From Macrostomum lignano (Eukaryota), in NCBI GenBank assembly GCA_002269645.1, contig NIVC01000158.1, forward strand, positions 682,001 through 746,000: a DNA stretch of 64,000 nucleotides, given 5' to 3'. A program made the translations under genes and the position numbers. Positions 53,223-64,000 of this stretch are shown one piece after another; position 1 is the first letter of the stretch, and every line of letters begins with the position of its first letter. Below the pieces are notes generated by a model. That model searched no databases and was not told where the DNA came from. It saw only the letters and a program-made list of their open reading frames with translations.

Positions 53223-54026
53223 AAATATCCCACATTCGTTTGCCAGAAATTATTAATTACAAGCAAAGTGGACACATTCAGGCCTTAAGATGAAGAAGAA
53301 ATAAGCCAAAAACTTGAATTGAAGCTATGCTCAATAGGCTTATTGAATTTGTTGGCAAAGCTAGCATTGTACAAGCCTTTGGTATATATCCCATTGCATT
53401 GCCATGGAAGACATTGTTGATTAAATTGAAAAGTGAAGCATTGTAACAATAATATGTTGTTCATTTGTATTAATATTGCATATGACTATTTTAGCAAAGG
53501 AAAATTGTTTATTTTGGGTCTATGGTATATCAAAGAAATAATGATTTATGAATTGAAAAGCAAAGCAAAAATTACAAAATCAAAATCAAAAGTTAAATTT
53601 TACTTCTTTAACCTATGTAATGTAGATAAATACTTAACTAGGATATAGCACTGCTACTTTAGTAGTAATTTTCAGTTGTATCATTAGTGAATTAGTAACA
53701 AAAGCAGAGCTAAATTGCTTTTTATAGTTTATTTTCATAGTTGAAAATTTGATTAAGCTCATAATACATGGTCTCCAAAGGCTGAGTGTAAACTTTTGAG
53801 GCACAGCTCTTTCATAAGAACTATTTATAAACTATTATGGTAAACTAATATTGTGCTAAAAAGTGGTTAACTATTATGATACAATAATATCAGCTGGTCA
53901 GTTTCATTGGGCTAAGTGTAGTATAGTATAGGTTTCAGTACACCTGCCATTTGGATCGATAAGATGGAGATCATACAAAACTTGGTACTAGAATTAATCA
54001 TATCCTCATGCCATCAATTGTTTTGC

Positions 54027-55423
54027 ATGCCAGTTCGACCAGAGCTCAGCGTCAACCGGCTACGTCGGTTGCTTCAGCCGGCGCCGGCGGCAGCAGCGAC
54101 AGACGCCGGTCCGTCGTCAAGGTTCGCAAAGAAGCGCAAAGCGGCCAACGAGACACCAGCGAAGCCAGTTGAATCCGAAGCCAGCGTCGGCGTGGAAACG
54201 CCAGTTAAGCGGCAGAAACGGCACAGGCGGAAGCTGTCAAAGAAGCGACTGGAAGCTGCCGCCGCCGCTGAGGAGGCCAGAAAACTTGGCTCGGAGAAGT
54301 CGGACAAGAACAGACAAAAAAAAGCGGCCGCGGGTGCCCTGATTGGCGGAGGCGAGCAGGGCTTGCTGGCTTCCAAATTTCGCTATCTAAACGAGCAGTT
54401 GTACACGCTGAGTAGTGCGGATGCGTTCGAAATGTTCAAGGCTGATCCTGAGGCTTTTAAAGTGCGTATCCAAGTGTTCAGTTATTTAGTCTAGCCTGCT
54501 ACATCGCTGACTATCCCAGTTCCCCCAACCCCATTCCCCATCTCCCAGCTCCAAACACCCCCATCTCCCAGTTTCCCATTCCCCATCTCCCAGCTCCAAA
54601 CACCCCCATCTCCCAGTTTCCCATTCCCCATCTCCCAGTTTCACATTCCCCATCTCCCAGCTCCCCACATCCCCATTTTCCATGTCCCAGCTCCCCAAAT
54701 CCCTTTCCCCGTCTCCCAGTTTTTCATTTCCCATTCTCCATCTCCCATCTCCCCACATCCCCATTCCCCATCTCCCAGTTGCCCATTTTCCATTTCCCAT
54801 CTCCCAGTTCCCCACATCCCCATTCCCTACCATTCCACATCAGTTGCCCACACCCCCACTCCCCATCTCGCTCTCCCCAGGTGTACCACGCCGGCTACTC
54901 GGCGCAGCGGCAGCGCTGGACGGAGGACCCAATCGACTGGGTGGCTAAGCAGTGCCGCCTCGGCCTGCCAGCCGGCAGCTCCGTGCTGGTGGACTTCGGC
55001 TGCGGCGACGCAAGGCTAGCCAGCCGCCTAGAAGGCCACTGCGCCAAGGTGCACAGCCTTGACTTGGTTGCCCTGAACAACCGCGTCACTGCTTGCGACA
55101 TGGCCCGCTGTCCCCTTGGCAACAACATTGCCCATGGCGCAGTGTTCTGCCTGTCGCTAATGAACGCCAACCTGTCCGACTTCCTGGCCGAAGCCAGCCG
55201 GGTGCTCCGGCTGAACGGCCTGTTGTGCATTGTTGAAGCTCGCAGTCGAATCGAACGAACCCAACGATTTGTTAATCTAATCGAACGGTTCGGATTTCAA
55301 TGCCAACGCCGGCGCGAGGACAAGTACTTGGTGTACTTGTTGTTTAATAAAAGTCGCAATAGAAAAGCTGGGGAGCCGCTACCCGAGCTCAGACTGAAGC
55401 CCTGCCTGTATAAGAAGCGCTGA
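54027..55423 (+). CDS. RRP8: Ribosomal RNA-processing protein 8 (nucleomethylin; 25S/28S rRNA m1A methyltransferase)
   Basis: Exon 54027-54461 (SKFRYLNEQLYT...FKADPEAFK; start codon uncertain) and exon 54881-55423 (VYHAGY...VDFGCGDARLA...DLVALNNRVTACDMA...AVFCLSLM...LKPCLYKKR). AATAAA at 55498-55503. Confidence 0.93.
54505..54830. repeat. Degenerate C-rich repeat in RRP8 intron
   Basis: CCCCATCTCCCAG / CCCATTCCCCATCT-like modules. Confidence 0.8.
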
Positions 55424-55594
55424 GTCAGTGCCACTGCATGCTAGCTTGTGTTGTTTCCCTTCTGGCAACCGCTTTTCACACTTGCGAAACCAATTTCAAT
55501 AAATGCAAATTATTTGTCCAGCTTTGTTGCAAACTGTTTTTCTTTCTATTTCTGGCGTAGGTGGATTCCTAAATTATCCGTAGAATCATCTCAA

Positions 55595-56962
55595 ACAGCC
55601 CCAAGAATCATCCCATGCAGTCCTAAGAATCATCACCATGCAGTCCTAAGAATCATCACCATGCAGTCCTAAGAATCATCACCATGCAGCCCTAAGAATC
55701 ATCCCCTTACAACCCGAAGAATCATCCCCATACAGCCTGAAGAATCATCCCCTTACAGCCCGAAGAATCATCCCCTTACAACCCGAAGAATCATCCCCTT
55801 ACAACCCGAAGAATCATCCCCTTACAACCCGAAGAATCATCCCCTTAAAACCCGAAGAATCATCCCCTTACAACCCGAAGAATCATCCCCATGCAGCCAC
55901 AAGAATCATCCCCATGCAGCCCCAAGAATCATCAACATGCAGCCCCAAGAATCATCAACATGCAGCTCCAAGAATCATCAACATGCAGCCTCAAGAATCA
56001 TCCCCATGCAGCCTCAAGAATCATTCCCATGCAGCCTCAAGAATCATCCCCATGCAGCCTCAAGAATCATCCCCATGCAGCCTCAAGAATCATCCCCATG
56101 CAGCCTCAAGAATCATCCCCATGCAGCCCCAAGAACCATCCCCTTACAACCCGAAGAATCATCCCCTTACAGCCCGAAGAATCATCCCCTTATGCCCGAA
56201 GAATCATCCCCTTACAACCCGAAGAATCATCCTCATGCAGCCCCAAGAATCATCAACATGCAGCCTCAAGAATCATCCCCATGCAGCCCCAAGAATCATC
56301 CCCATGCAGCCTCAAGAATCATCCCCATGCAGCCCCAAGAATCATCCCCATGCAGCCTCAAGAATCATCCCCATGCAGCCTCAAGAATCATCCCCATGCA
56401 GCCTCAAGAATCATCCCCATGCAGCCTCAAGAATCATCCCCATGCAGCCTCAAGAATCATCCCCATGCAGCCTCAAGAATCATCCCCATGCAGCCTCAAG
56501 AATCATCCCCATGCAGCCCCAAGAATCATCCCCATGCAGCCTCAAGAATCATCCCCATGCAGCCTCAAGAATCATCCCCATGCAGCCTCAAGAATCATCC
56601 CCATGCAGCCTCAAGAATCATCCCCATGCAGCCTCAAGAATCATCCCCATGCAGCCTCAAGAATCATCCCCATGCAGCCTCAAGAATCATCCCCATGCAG
56701 CCTCAAGAATCATCCCCATGCAGCCTCAAGAATCATCCCCATGCAGCCTCAAGAATCATCCCCATGCAGCCTCAAGAATCATCCCCATGCAGCCTCAAGA
56801 ATCATCCCCATGCAGCCTCAAGAATCATCCCCATGCAGCCTCAAGAATCATCCCCATGCAGCCCCAAGAATCATCCCCATGCAGCCTCAAGAATCATCCC
56901 CATGCAGCCTCAAGAATCATCCCCATACAGCCTCAAGAATCATCCCCATACAGCCTCAAGAA
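55595..56962. repeat. 23-bp minisatellite between RRP8 and VAMP7
   Basis: Unit GCAGCCTCAAGAATCATCCCCAT, about 59 copies. It yields the three overlapping PQESSPCS pseudo-ORFs. Confidence 0.95.
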
Positions 56963-57029
56963 TCCAGCCCAACACTTGCCTTTCCTGTCCCCACCAAGTC
57001 CCTTCAGCTCAGTCGATCGCCGCAGCTGA

Positions 57030-58575
57030 ATGTCGCTATTGAATCCTGGCTATCACTACGACGGAGACGACGGCAGCTCGGAGGCCGGCGCAGGCGGCGG
57101 CCTGCTGTTCGCCGCCGTGGCCCGCGGCACCACCATCCTGGCCAAGCAAGCTCTGGCTGCCGGCAACTTTGTAGAAGTGACAGAACAAGTTCTGGCCAGA
57201 ATTACGCCGGAGAATGCCAAGATGAGCCTGTCGCAGGGCGCCTATATGTTTCATTACGCGTCGGAGGATCGACTGGTGTACTTTTGTGTGACGCCGGACA
57301 CGTTTGAAAGATCGCGCGCCTTCCTGTTCCTAGCCGACGTTAAACAGCGATTTGTGCAGCGCTACGGTAGGCGCGCCCTAACCGCCTTGCCCTACGCTAT
57401 GAACTCTGAGTTCGCTCATACTCTGGCCCAGCTCATGACTCGCTACTCGGCGCTAGGCGCCGGCTCTGCTACTGCATCGGACAGCGTCGGCGGCGGTCAA
57501 AATCGTCCGTCCATAGAGCGGACCGAACAAATGGACAGGGTTCAGCAGCAAGTCAGCGAGTTGCAGGGCATCATGGTTAGGAATATCGGTTAGTATTGGC
57601 GCTTGCTTGCCTTTTGTGGCGCTTAATCTTAGGGTCGGTTTGGTTAGCTATTCACCTCAGGTATTCAGGCTCAGGCTGGGCCACCGGCACCAATCACCTC
57701 AGGTATTCAGGCTCAGGCTGGGCCGCTAATCACCTCAGGTATTCAAGCTCAGGCTGGGCCGCTAATCACCTCAGGTATTCAAGCTCAGGCTGGGCCGCTA
57801 ATCATCTCAGGTATTCAGGCTCAGGCTGGGCCGCTAATCATCTCAGGTATTCAGGCTCAGGCTGGGCCGCTAATCACCTCAGGTATTCAAGCTCAGGCTA
57901 GGCCGCTAATCACCTCAGGTATTAAAGCTCAGGCTGGGCCGCTAATCACCTCAGGTATTCAAGCTCAGACTGGGCCGCCAATCACCTCAGGTATTCAGGC
58001 TCCGGCTGGGCCGCTAATCACCTGAGGTATTCAGGCTCAGGCTGGAAAGCTAATCACCTCAGGTATTCAGGCTGGGCTGGGCCGCTAATCACCTCGGGTA
58101 TTCAGGCTCAGGCTGGGCTGGGCCGCTAATCACCTCAGGTATTCAGGCTCAGGCTGGGCTGGGCCGCTAATCACCTCGGGTATTCAGGCTCAGGCTGGGC
58201 TGGGCCGCTAATCACCTCAGGTATTCAGGCTCAGGCTGGGCTGGGCCGCTAATCACCTCGGGTATTCAGGCTCAGGCTGGGCCGCTAATCACCTCAGGTA
58301 TTCAGGCAGACAAATCCCCATCAAGCCCCAACCCGGTTCCCGCAGACTCGCTGGCCACCCGCGGCGAGCGCATCGAGCTTCTAGTTGACAAGGCAGACGA
58401 GCTGGCTGGCAGTTCCATTCAGTTCAGCAGCGCCAGTCGCCGAGTTGCCAGACGCTACTGGTGGCGCAACGCCAAAGTCACCATCGCCCTGGTCATTGCC
58501 GTCATTCTCATTCTGTACTTTATCGTGTCTGCCGCGTGCGGCGGTTTGGACTGGCCATGCACCAGAAAGAAATAA
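57030..58575 (+). CDS. VAMP7: Vesicle-associated membrane protein 7 (longin R-SNARE), 2 coding exons, 262 aa
   Basis: Exon 57030-57588 (longin domain LLFAAVARGTTILA...FERSRAFLFL...LPYAMNSEF; QQQVSELQGIMVRNI, ends G|GTTAGT). Exon 58346-58575 (DSLATRGERIELLVDKADEL, zero-layer R; YWWRNAK; TM; CGGLDWPC). Confidence 0.95.
57650..58306. repeat. 36/41-bp minisatellite filling the VAMP7 intron
   Basis: Unit GTATTCAGGCTCAGGCTGGGCCGCTAATCACCTCAG, about 18 copies, some with an extra GCTGG. Confidence 0.95.
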
Positions 58576-58699
58576 TTTGCGTTATTGTAGAGTGCAACTG
58601 TCCTATTGGGATCTGAGGGCTTTCGATTTCATGTTTTGATTTATTTTGTCAAGAGCTTATATGGTCTTTTTAAGTGAGATTTTATGATCTGAAATCTAA

Positions 58700-59222
58700 T
58701 TGATGAGATTCTAGAGCCCTGAAATCTTATGGGTGAGATTCTAGAGCTTTGAAATCTTATAGGTGAGATTCTAGAGCTTTGAAATCTTATAGGTGAGATT
58801 CTAGAGCTTTGAAATCTTATACTGTTAGGTGAGATTCTAGAGCTTTGAAATCTTATAGGTGAGATTCTAAAGCCCTGAAATCTTATAGGTGAGATTCTAG
58901 AGCTCTGAAATCTAATGGGTGAGATTCTAAAGCCCTGAAATCTAATGGGTGAGATTCTAGTGCCCTGAAATCTTATGGGTGAGATTCTAGTGCCCTGAAA
59001 TCTTATGGGTGAGATTCTAGTGCCCTGAAATCTTATGGGTGAGATTCTAAAGCCCTGAAATCTAATGGGTGAGATTCTAGAGCTCTGAAATCTAATGGTT
59101 GAGATTCTAGAGGTCTGAAATATTATAGGTGAGATTCTAGAGCTCTGAAATATTATAGGTGAGATTCTAGAGGTCTGAAATATTAAAGGTGAAATTCTAG
59201 AGCTCTGAAATCTTATAGGGTG
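58700..59222. repeat. 30-bp minisatellite downstream of the VAMP7 stop codon
   Basis: Unit GTGAGATTCTAGAGCTTTGAAATCTTATAG and variants, about 17 copies. Confidence 0.93.
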
Positions 59223-60784
59223 AAATTCAAAGGTTTTGCAGTCACACAGGCCAGAATCCTGTAATCTGGATTTTTAATTTGGGGAGGTCAGATTCTGAAA
59301 ATAAGACCTACTTAGCTATTAGTTAAATGGTTAGACCCAGTGTTGGGATGCTCGTGCATGCAGGAGACCAATAAGTTTTTCTCATTTACGAGTATTATTT
59401 CATCTCGCAGTTTACTGATTTGATACCTGTTAATATTGTTGGACCGCTTACATTATATTCATATAATAGGCATTAACTAAGTCTATGCCAGTAATTAATC
59501 TTACTAGTGCCTGAAGTTATGCTTATTGCAAAATCTGTACATTTACATTGTGAACTAGCCTGTCTGATTTGCATGTCTGTCATCATGTAGTTAACAGTTG
59601 CCGTCTTTCTATACTCAAGTTGAGCACTGCGCTCCCAGTTTACTGTTCAAAGTAAATTGTTTGATTGATTACATAATTAATGATGTCTTTTTCGGATTGG
59701 TCTTGTCGGCTCAGAATCTCGTAGTTATATTTATGAATTTTCAGCTCTAAAATGAGACCCCATGTTTATTAGATTTAGGTGAATTCTTTCTTTGACTGCA
59801 GCAGAAATAAGCTTTGTTTACAGACAGATAAAGACGCAGATGAAGCTAAGGGCAGATGCTGTCTCTCTTCTAAAAGCAATTTCTGTCTAATGGTTGTAGC
59901 TCCTGTGCTCAGTGCTCAAATCGAACTCTGTGTTCGACAAATAAAATTTACAGATGTTTCTGTCTGTCGGTATGCAACTGTGCACCCTGGTGCACTTTAA
60001 GCGACATTGTCACAACCGGCGAGAGGCATTACTGCCCATTCAGCCGACTCCCCTGAGCAGGCACACAAGCGCGCGGATACGTACGCAGTCATACGCACAG
60101 GCACACACTCACACAGGAGTGTACAGCGGCCCTAACTTTATTTATCGTTAGGCATGTACACTTCACTGCGTGTAGAGAATTGCACGAGCAGAGCCAAGCC
60201 GAGATTCCAATATAGTCCGAAATTATGTGACTGCACTTGGAATCGAGCCATAGGCACATCAGAGCGCCGCGCTGGACCACTGAGGCTACGCCCCCCCCCC
60301 CCCAATATAAGAAAACTGCACAAATTTTTAGATGATTAACACCCGAAACCAGTTCACGAGGACAAATCAACAGTATAGAGATTACGAGTTATTTAGAATA
60401 GATTTATTTTATTATGCATGTGTGACTCAGTTTTGTTTACATCTCAGTTTGCGAGATTATTTGTATTGGTGCGGTGAACATTTATTTTATATGATATCCC
60501 ATTTTTGCTTCTCTGCATATCGGTTTCTATGCTGTTTAAATTGCATCTGTATTATTCAGCGGAATAATAGTTATGCTATATATAATTTATCGTTGTTATT
60601 TTTATACTCTAATGTCAACTCGTTCGTTCGTTTACAACAATATACGAATATGTACAAGCTTCACATTACGGATGAGGCGGTAAATTTTCGCGTGATTATA
60701 AAAAATTATTTTTATACTGCTCTTTGTTTTCTCTTTTCTCTTTGTCTGGCTTGCGCGTTTTCAGCCCAAATGGTTGAAATGACC

Positions 60785-61239
60785 CTGTCTGTCTGCCTGC
60801 CTGTCTATCTGTCTGACTGTCTATCTGTCTGTCTGCCTGTCTATCTGTCTGCCTGCCTGTCTATCTGTCTGACTGTCTATCTGTCTGTCTGCCTGTCTAT
60901 CTGTCTGTCTGTCTGCCTGCCTGTCTATCTGTCTGACTGTCTATCTGTCTGTCTGCCTGTCTATCTGTCTGACTGTCTATCTGTCTGTCTGCCTGTCTAT
61001 CTGTCTGTCTGTCTGCCTGCCTGTCTATCTGTCTGACTGTCTATCTGTCTGTCTGCCTGTCTATCTGTCTGTCTGTCTGCCTATCTGTCTATCTGTCTGA
61101 CTGTCTATCTGTCTGTCTGCCTGTCTATCTGTCTGTCTGTCTGCCTATCTGTCTGTCTGTCTGTCTATCTGTCTGCCTATCTGTCTGTCTGTCTATCTGC
61201 CTGCCTGCCTGTCTGTCTGTCTGTCTTTCTGCCTGTCTA

Positions 61240-61282
<43 letters not shown>

Positions 61283-61387
61283 GTCTGTCTGCCTGTCTAT
61301 CTGTCTGTCTGTCTGCCTATCTGTCTGCCTATCTGTCTGTCTGTCTATCTGCCTGCCTGTCTGTCTGTCTGTCTTTCTGCCTGTCTA

Positions 61388-61434
<47 letters not shown>

Positions 61435-61660
61435 GCCTATCTGTCTGTCTGTCTATCTGCCTGCCTGCCTGTCTGTCTGTCTGTCTTTCTGCCTGTCTAT
61501 CTGTCTGTCTGCCTGTCTATCTGTCTGTCTGTCTGTCTTGTCTGCCTGTCTGTCTGTCTGTCTGCCTGCCTGTCTATCTGCCTGTCTGCCTGCCTATCTA
61601 TTTGTCTGTCTTTCTGTGCCTATCTATCTGTCTGTCTGTCTGTCCGTCTATCTAACTGCA

Positions 61661-61718
<58 letters not shown>

Positions 61719-61870
61719 ACTACATTACTGTCTGTCTACCTGCCTGTCTATCTGTGTCTACCTGTCTGTCTTTCTGTCTGTCTATCTAACTGCATGTCTG
61801 TCTGTCTGCCTGTCTATCTGTGTCTACCTGCCTGTCTGTCTTTCTGTCGATCTACCTGTTAGTGTCTGTC
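60785..61870. repeat. (CTGT/CTAT/CCTG)n compound microsatellite
   Basis: About 1.1-kb degenerate tetramer array. Confidence 0.95.
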
Positions 61871-62685
61871 TGCTTACCCAAATGTAGATCCCAAATACAT
61901 AACTTGATTTTACAGCATCACAGAGAGTAGCAAGTGGTTTAGATCGTACGGCAGGTATTACTTATATTTAGGTAGCATTTATAATCTGCGATAATAAAAC
62001 ATACTAATAGTTATAAAAAACCTGTGCTAATCAGGCATAGTCGGTCATTTTTGTAGCGGGCAGTCGCAGACCCCGCTACGGAAGCATAAATTGAAAATTG
62101 GAAAATCAATGTCAATCAATGGAGTGAATGGTTCGAGTTAGTGCATAAGAATTCCATAATAGCAGAGCATTTACACCCACATATGTGCCTAGTCTACTAT
62201 ATATTACTTTTCTACTCATTCGTGGATTCGAGCCCGCGTCCTTTGGCACAGAAAAGATGAGCCGTTCTGCCGCCACGAGGTTCCAATTAAATGATATTGA
62301 TGGATGAACAGTGCAGAATAAAACTAACTACTAGCATCTAGTAGCTAATAAGCGTTTGAAATTTAATTAAAAATGCCATCAAATGAGGCAAAAATGAGCA
62401 TTGTTTGATAGTTCATTTGCGTAAATATATGATTAAGTTTAAAGTACTTTAGTATTTGAATAATAATTTGCTTCTGAGTTATCTGTTTTGCTCTGTTGAT
62501 GACCTGTTAAAAATGTCAGATTAGCTCAAATTATGGTCTACCCTTAAACCTTTGAAGGTCGATTATGATTACTCGTAAGTTTAACGGTTAAAGTCGTTAA
62601 TCGTAAACAGAAATCTGATATTTGATTTTTTTAATTGGCAAGAAAACAAGCTTCTACTGAAGCTTATGAAATTTACCTATACATT

Positions 62686-63600
62686 TAAGTGTCAGGTCTG
62701 TAGCTTACTCGTATTAGTGTCAGGTCTGTAGCTTATTAGTGTCAGGTCTGCACGTAGCTAATTAGTGTCAGTTCTGTAGCTTACTCGTATTAGTGTCAGG
62801 TCTGTAGCTTATTAGTGTCAGGTCTGCACGTAGCTAATTAGTGTCAGTTCTGTAGCTTACTCGTATTAGTGTCAGGTCTGTAGCTTTTTAGTGTCAGGTC
62901 TGTAGCTTATTAGTGTCAGCTCTTTAGCTTATTAGTGTCAGCTCTTTAGCTTATTAGTGTCAGGTCTGTAGCTTATTAGTGTCAGGTCTGTAGCTTATTA
63001 GTTTCAGGTCTGTAGCTTATTAGTGTCAGGTCTGTAGCTTATTAGTGTCAGGTCTGTAGCTTTTTAGTGTCAGGTCTGTAGCTTATTAGTGTCAGGTCTG
63101 TAGCTTATTAGTGTCAGGTCTGTAGCTTTTTAGTGTCAGGTCTGTAGCTTATTAGTGTCAGCTCTTTAGCTTATTAGTGTCAGCTCTTTAGCTTATTAGT
63201 GTCAGGTCTGTAGCTTATTAGTGTCAGGTCTGTAGCTTATTAGTTTCAGGTCTGTAGCTTATTAGTGTCAGGTCTGTAGCTTATTAGTGTCAGGTCTGTA
63301 GCTTATTAGTGTCAGCTCTTTAGCTTATTAGTGTCAGGTCTGTAGCTTATTAGTGTCAGGTCTGTAGCTTATAGTATCAGGTCTGTAATTAGTGTCAGCT
63401 CTTTAGCTTATTAGTTTTAGGTCTGTAGCTTTTTAGTGTCAGGTCTGTAGCTTTTTAGTGTCAGGTCTGTAGCTTTTTAGTGTCAGGTCTGTAGCTCATT
63501 AGTGTCAGGATCGTAGCTTAAAAGGGTAAGAATTATAACGCATGAGTGCCAGGATCATAAGCTTGTGGTTGTCAGGACTGCCGCAAACAGTGTCAGGACT
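62686..63600. repeat. 22-bp minisatellite
   Basis: Unit GTCTGTAGCTTATTAGTGTCAG and variants, roughly 38 copies. Confidence 0.93.
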
Positions 63601-63613
63601 GCCGCAGTGTCAG

Positions 63614-63903
63614 ATGTACCCGTCTGGCGAGTCGGCAATCAGAGGCTGACCGGACTGGCTGGCCCGGATTCGGCCGCAGGCTACTCGGACGGAGAAGACC
63701 TCCTGTTGTTGTCCGAGGCGCATCTGCTCCGTGGCGCCATCCTCCGCGCTTGTAGTCGCCGCCGAGGCCGCTGCCGGTGGCGTCTCGTCGACTTCAACAA
63801 CACGATGGAGTCGGGAGGTGGCAGTCCGATAGCGACGAGATTGACGATGATACGACGGCAGCAGGCGGCGGAGCCATCCGACGAAAACGCCTGTTAAGGA
63901 TGG
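63614..63903 (+). CDS. Probable GC-rich internal exon of an unidentified gene
   Basis: GC-rich island after the 22-bp array, bounded by TCAG|ATG (63613/63614) and G|GTGAG (63903/63904). The 3' part reads QSDSDEIDDDTTAAGGGAIRRKRLLRM, but a frameshift is needed to join it to the 5' part. A minus-strand frame (63890-63620) is also open, so the strand is uncertain. Confidence 0.35.
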
Positions 63904-64000
63904 GTGAGGAGTTTGGTGGTTGAGCAGTGCTGAGACTGTACTTCCGTGATGCTTCTGCCCGGTTTCGAGTTAGTTTAGTCCACTACCCCCTCAGTGACAG

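Noticed and set aside
55891-56965. Three overlapping 370-456-aa ORFs
   Set aside because: A stop-free 23-bp unit reads open in all three plus frames. No coding signal.

Overview
This is eukaryotic (metazoan) genomic DNA: GC-rich, low-complexity exons separated by introns and spacers filled with many unrelated mini- and microsatellites. The architecture and gene set suggest a free-living flatworm such as Macrostomum; this is inference and was not checked. I reconstructed six multi-exon genes by hand: MAN1/LEMD3 (+, 4858-16297), an Rh50-type ammonium transporter (+, 20251-24950, rearranged and frameshifted), a two-finger GATA1/2/3-like factor (-, 26620-30971), a universal stress protein (-, 41377-43997), RRP8 (+, 54027-55423) and VAMP7 (+, 57030-58575). 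Mobile DNA comprises a piggyBac with an intact 569-aa transposase and TIRs but no TTAA duplication, a LINE 3' fragment flanked by 72-bp direct repeats, a tRNA-derived CORE-like SINE, a Tc1 remnant, a 1.2-kb non-autonomous element with an 8-bp TSD, and two foldback/hairpin elements. The most unusual observations are: (1) several satellites, including two inside confidently placed introns, are head-to-tail concatemers of GT...AG units with branch-point-like motifs, i.e. candidate recursive-splicing or mini-intron arrays; (2) an isolated 64-bp piece of 28S rDNA is altered mainly at the R2/Pokey/I-PpoI target site. Repeated 1-bp indels in conserved exons suggest an imperfectly polished long-read assembly, so frameshifts and local duplications may be artefacts. 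Most long ORFs in the supplied track are translations of tandem repeats, not genes.
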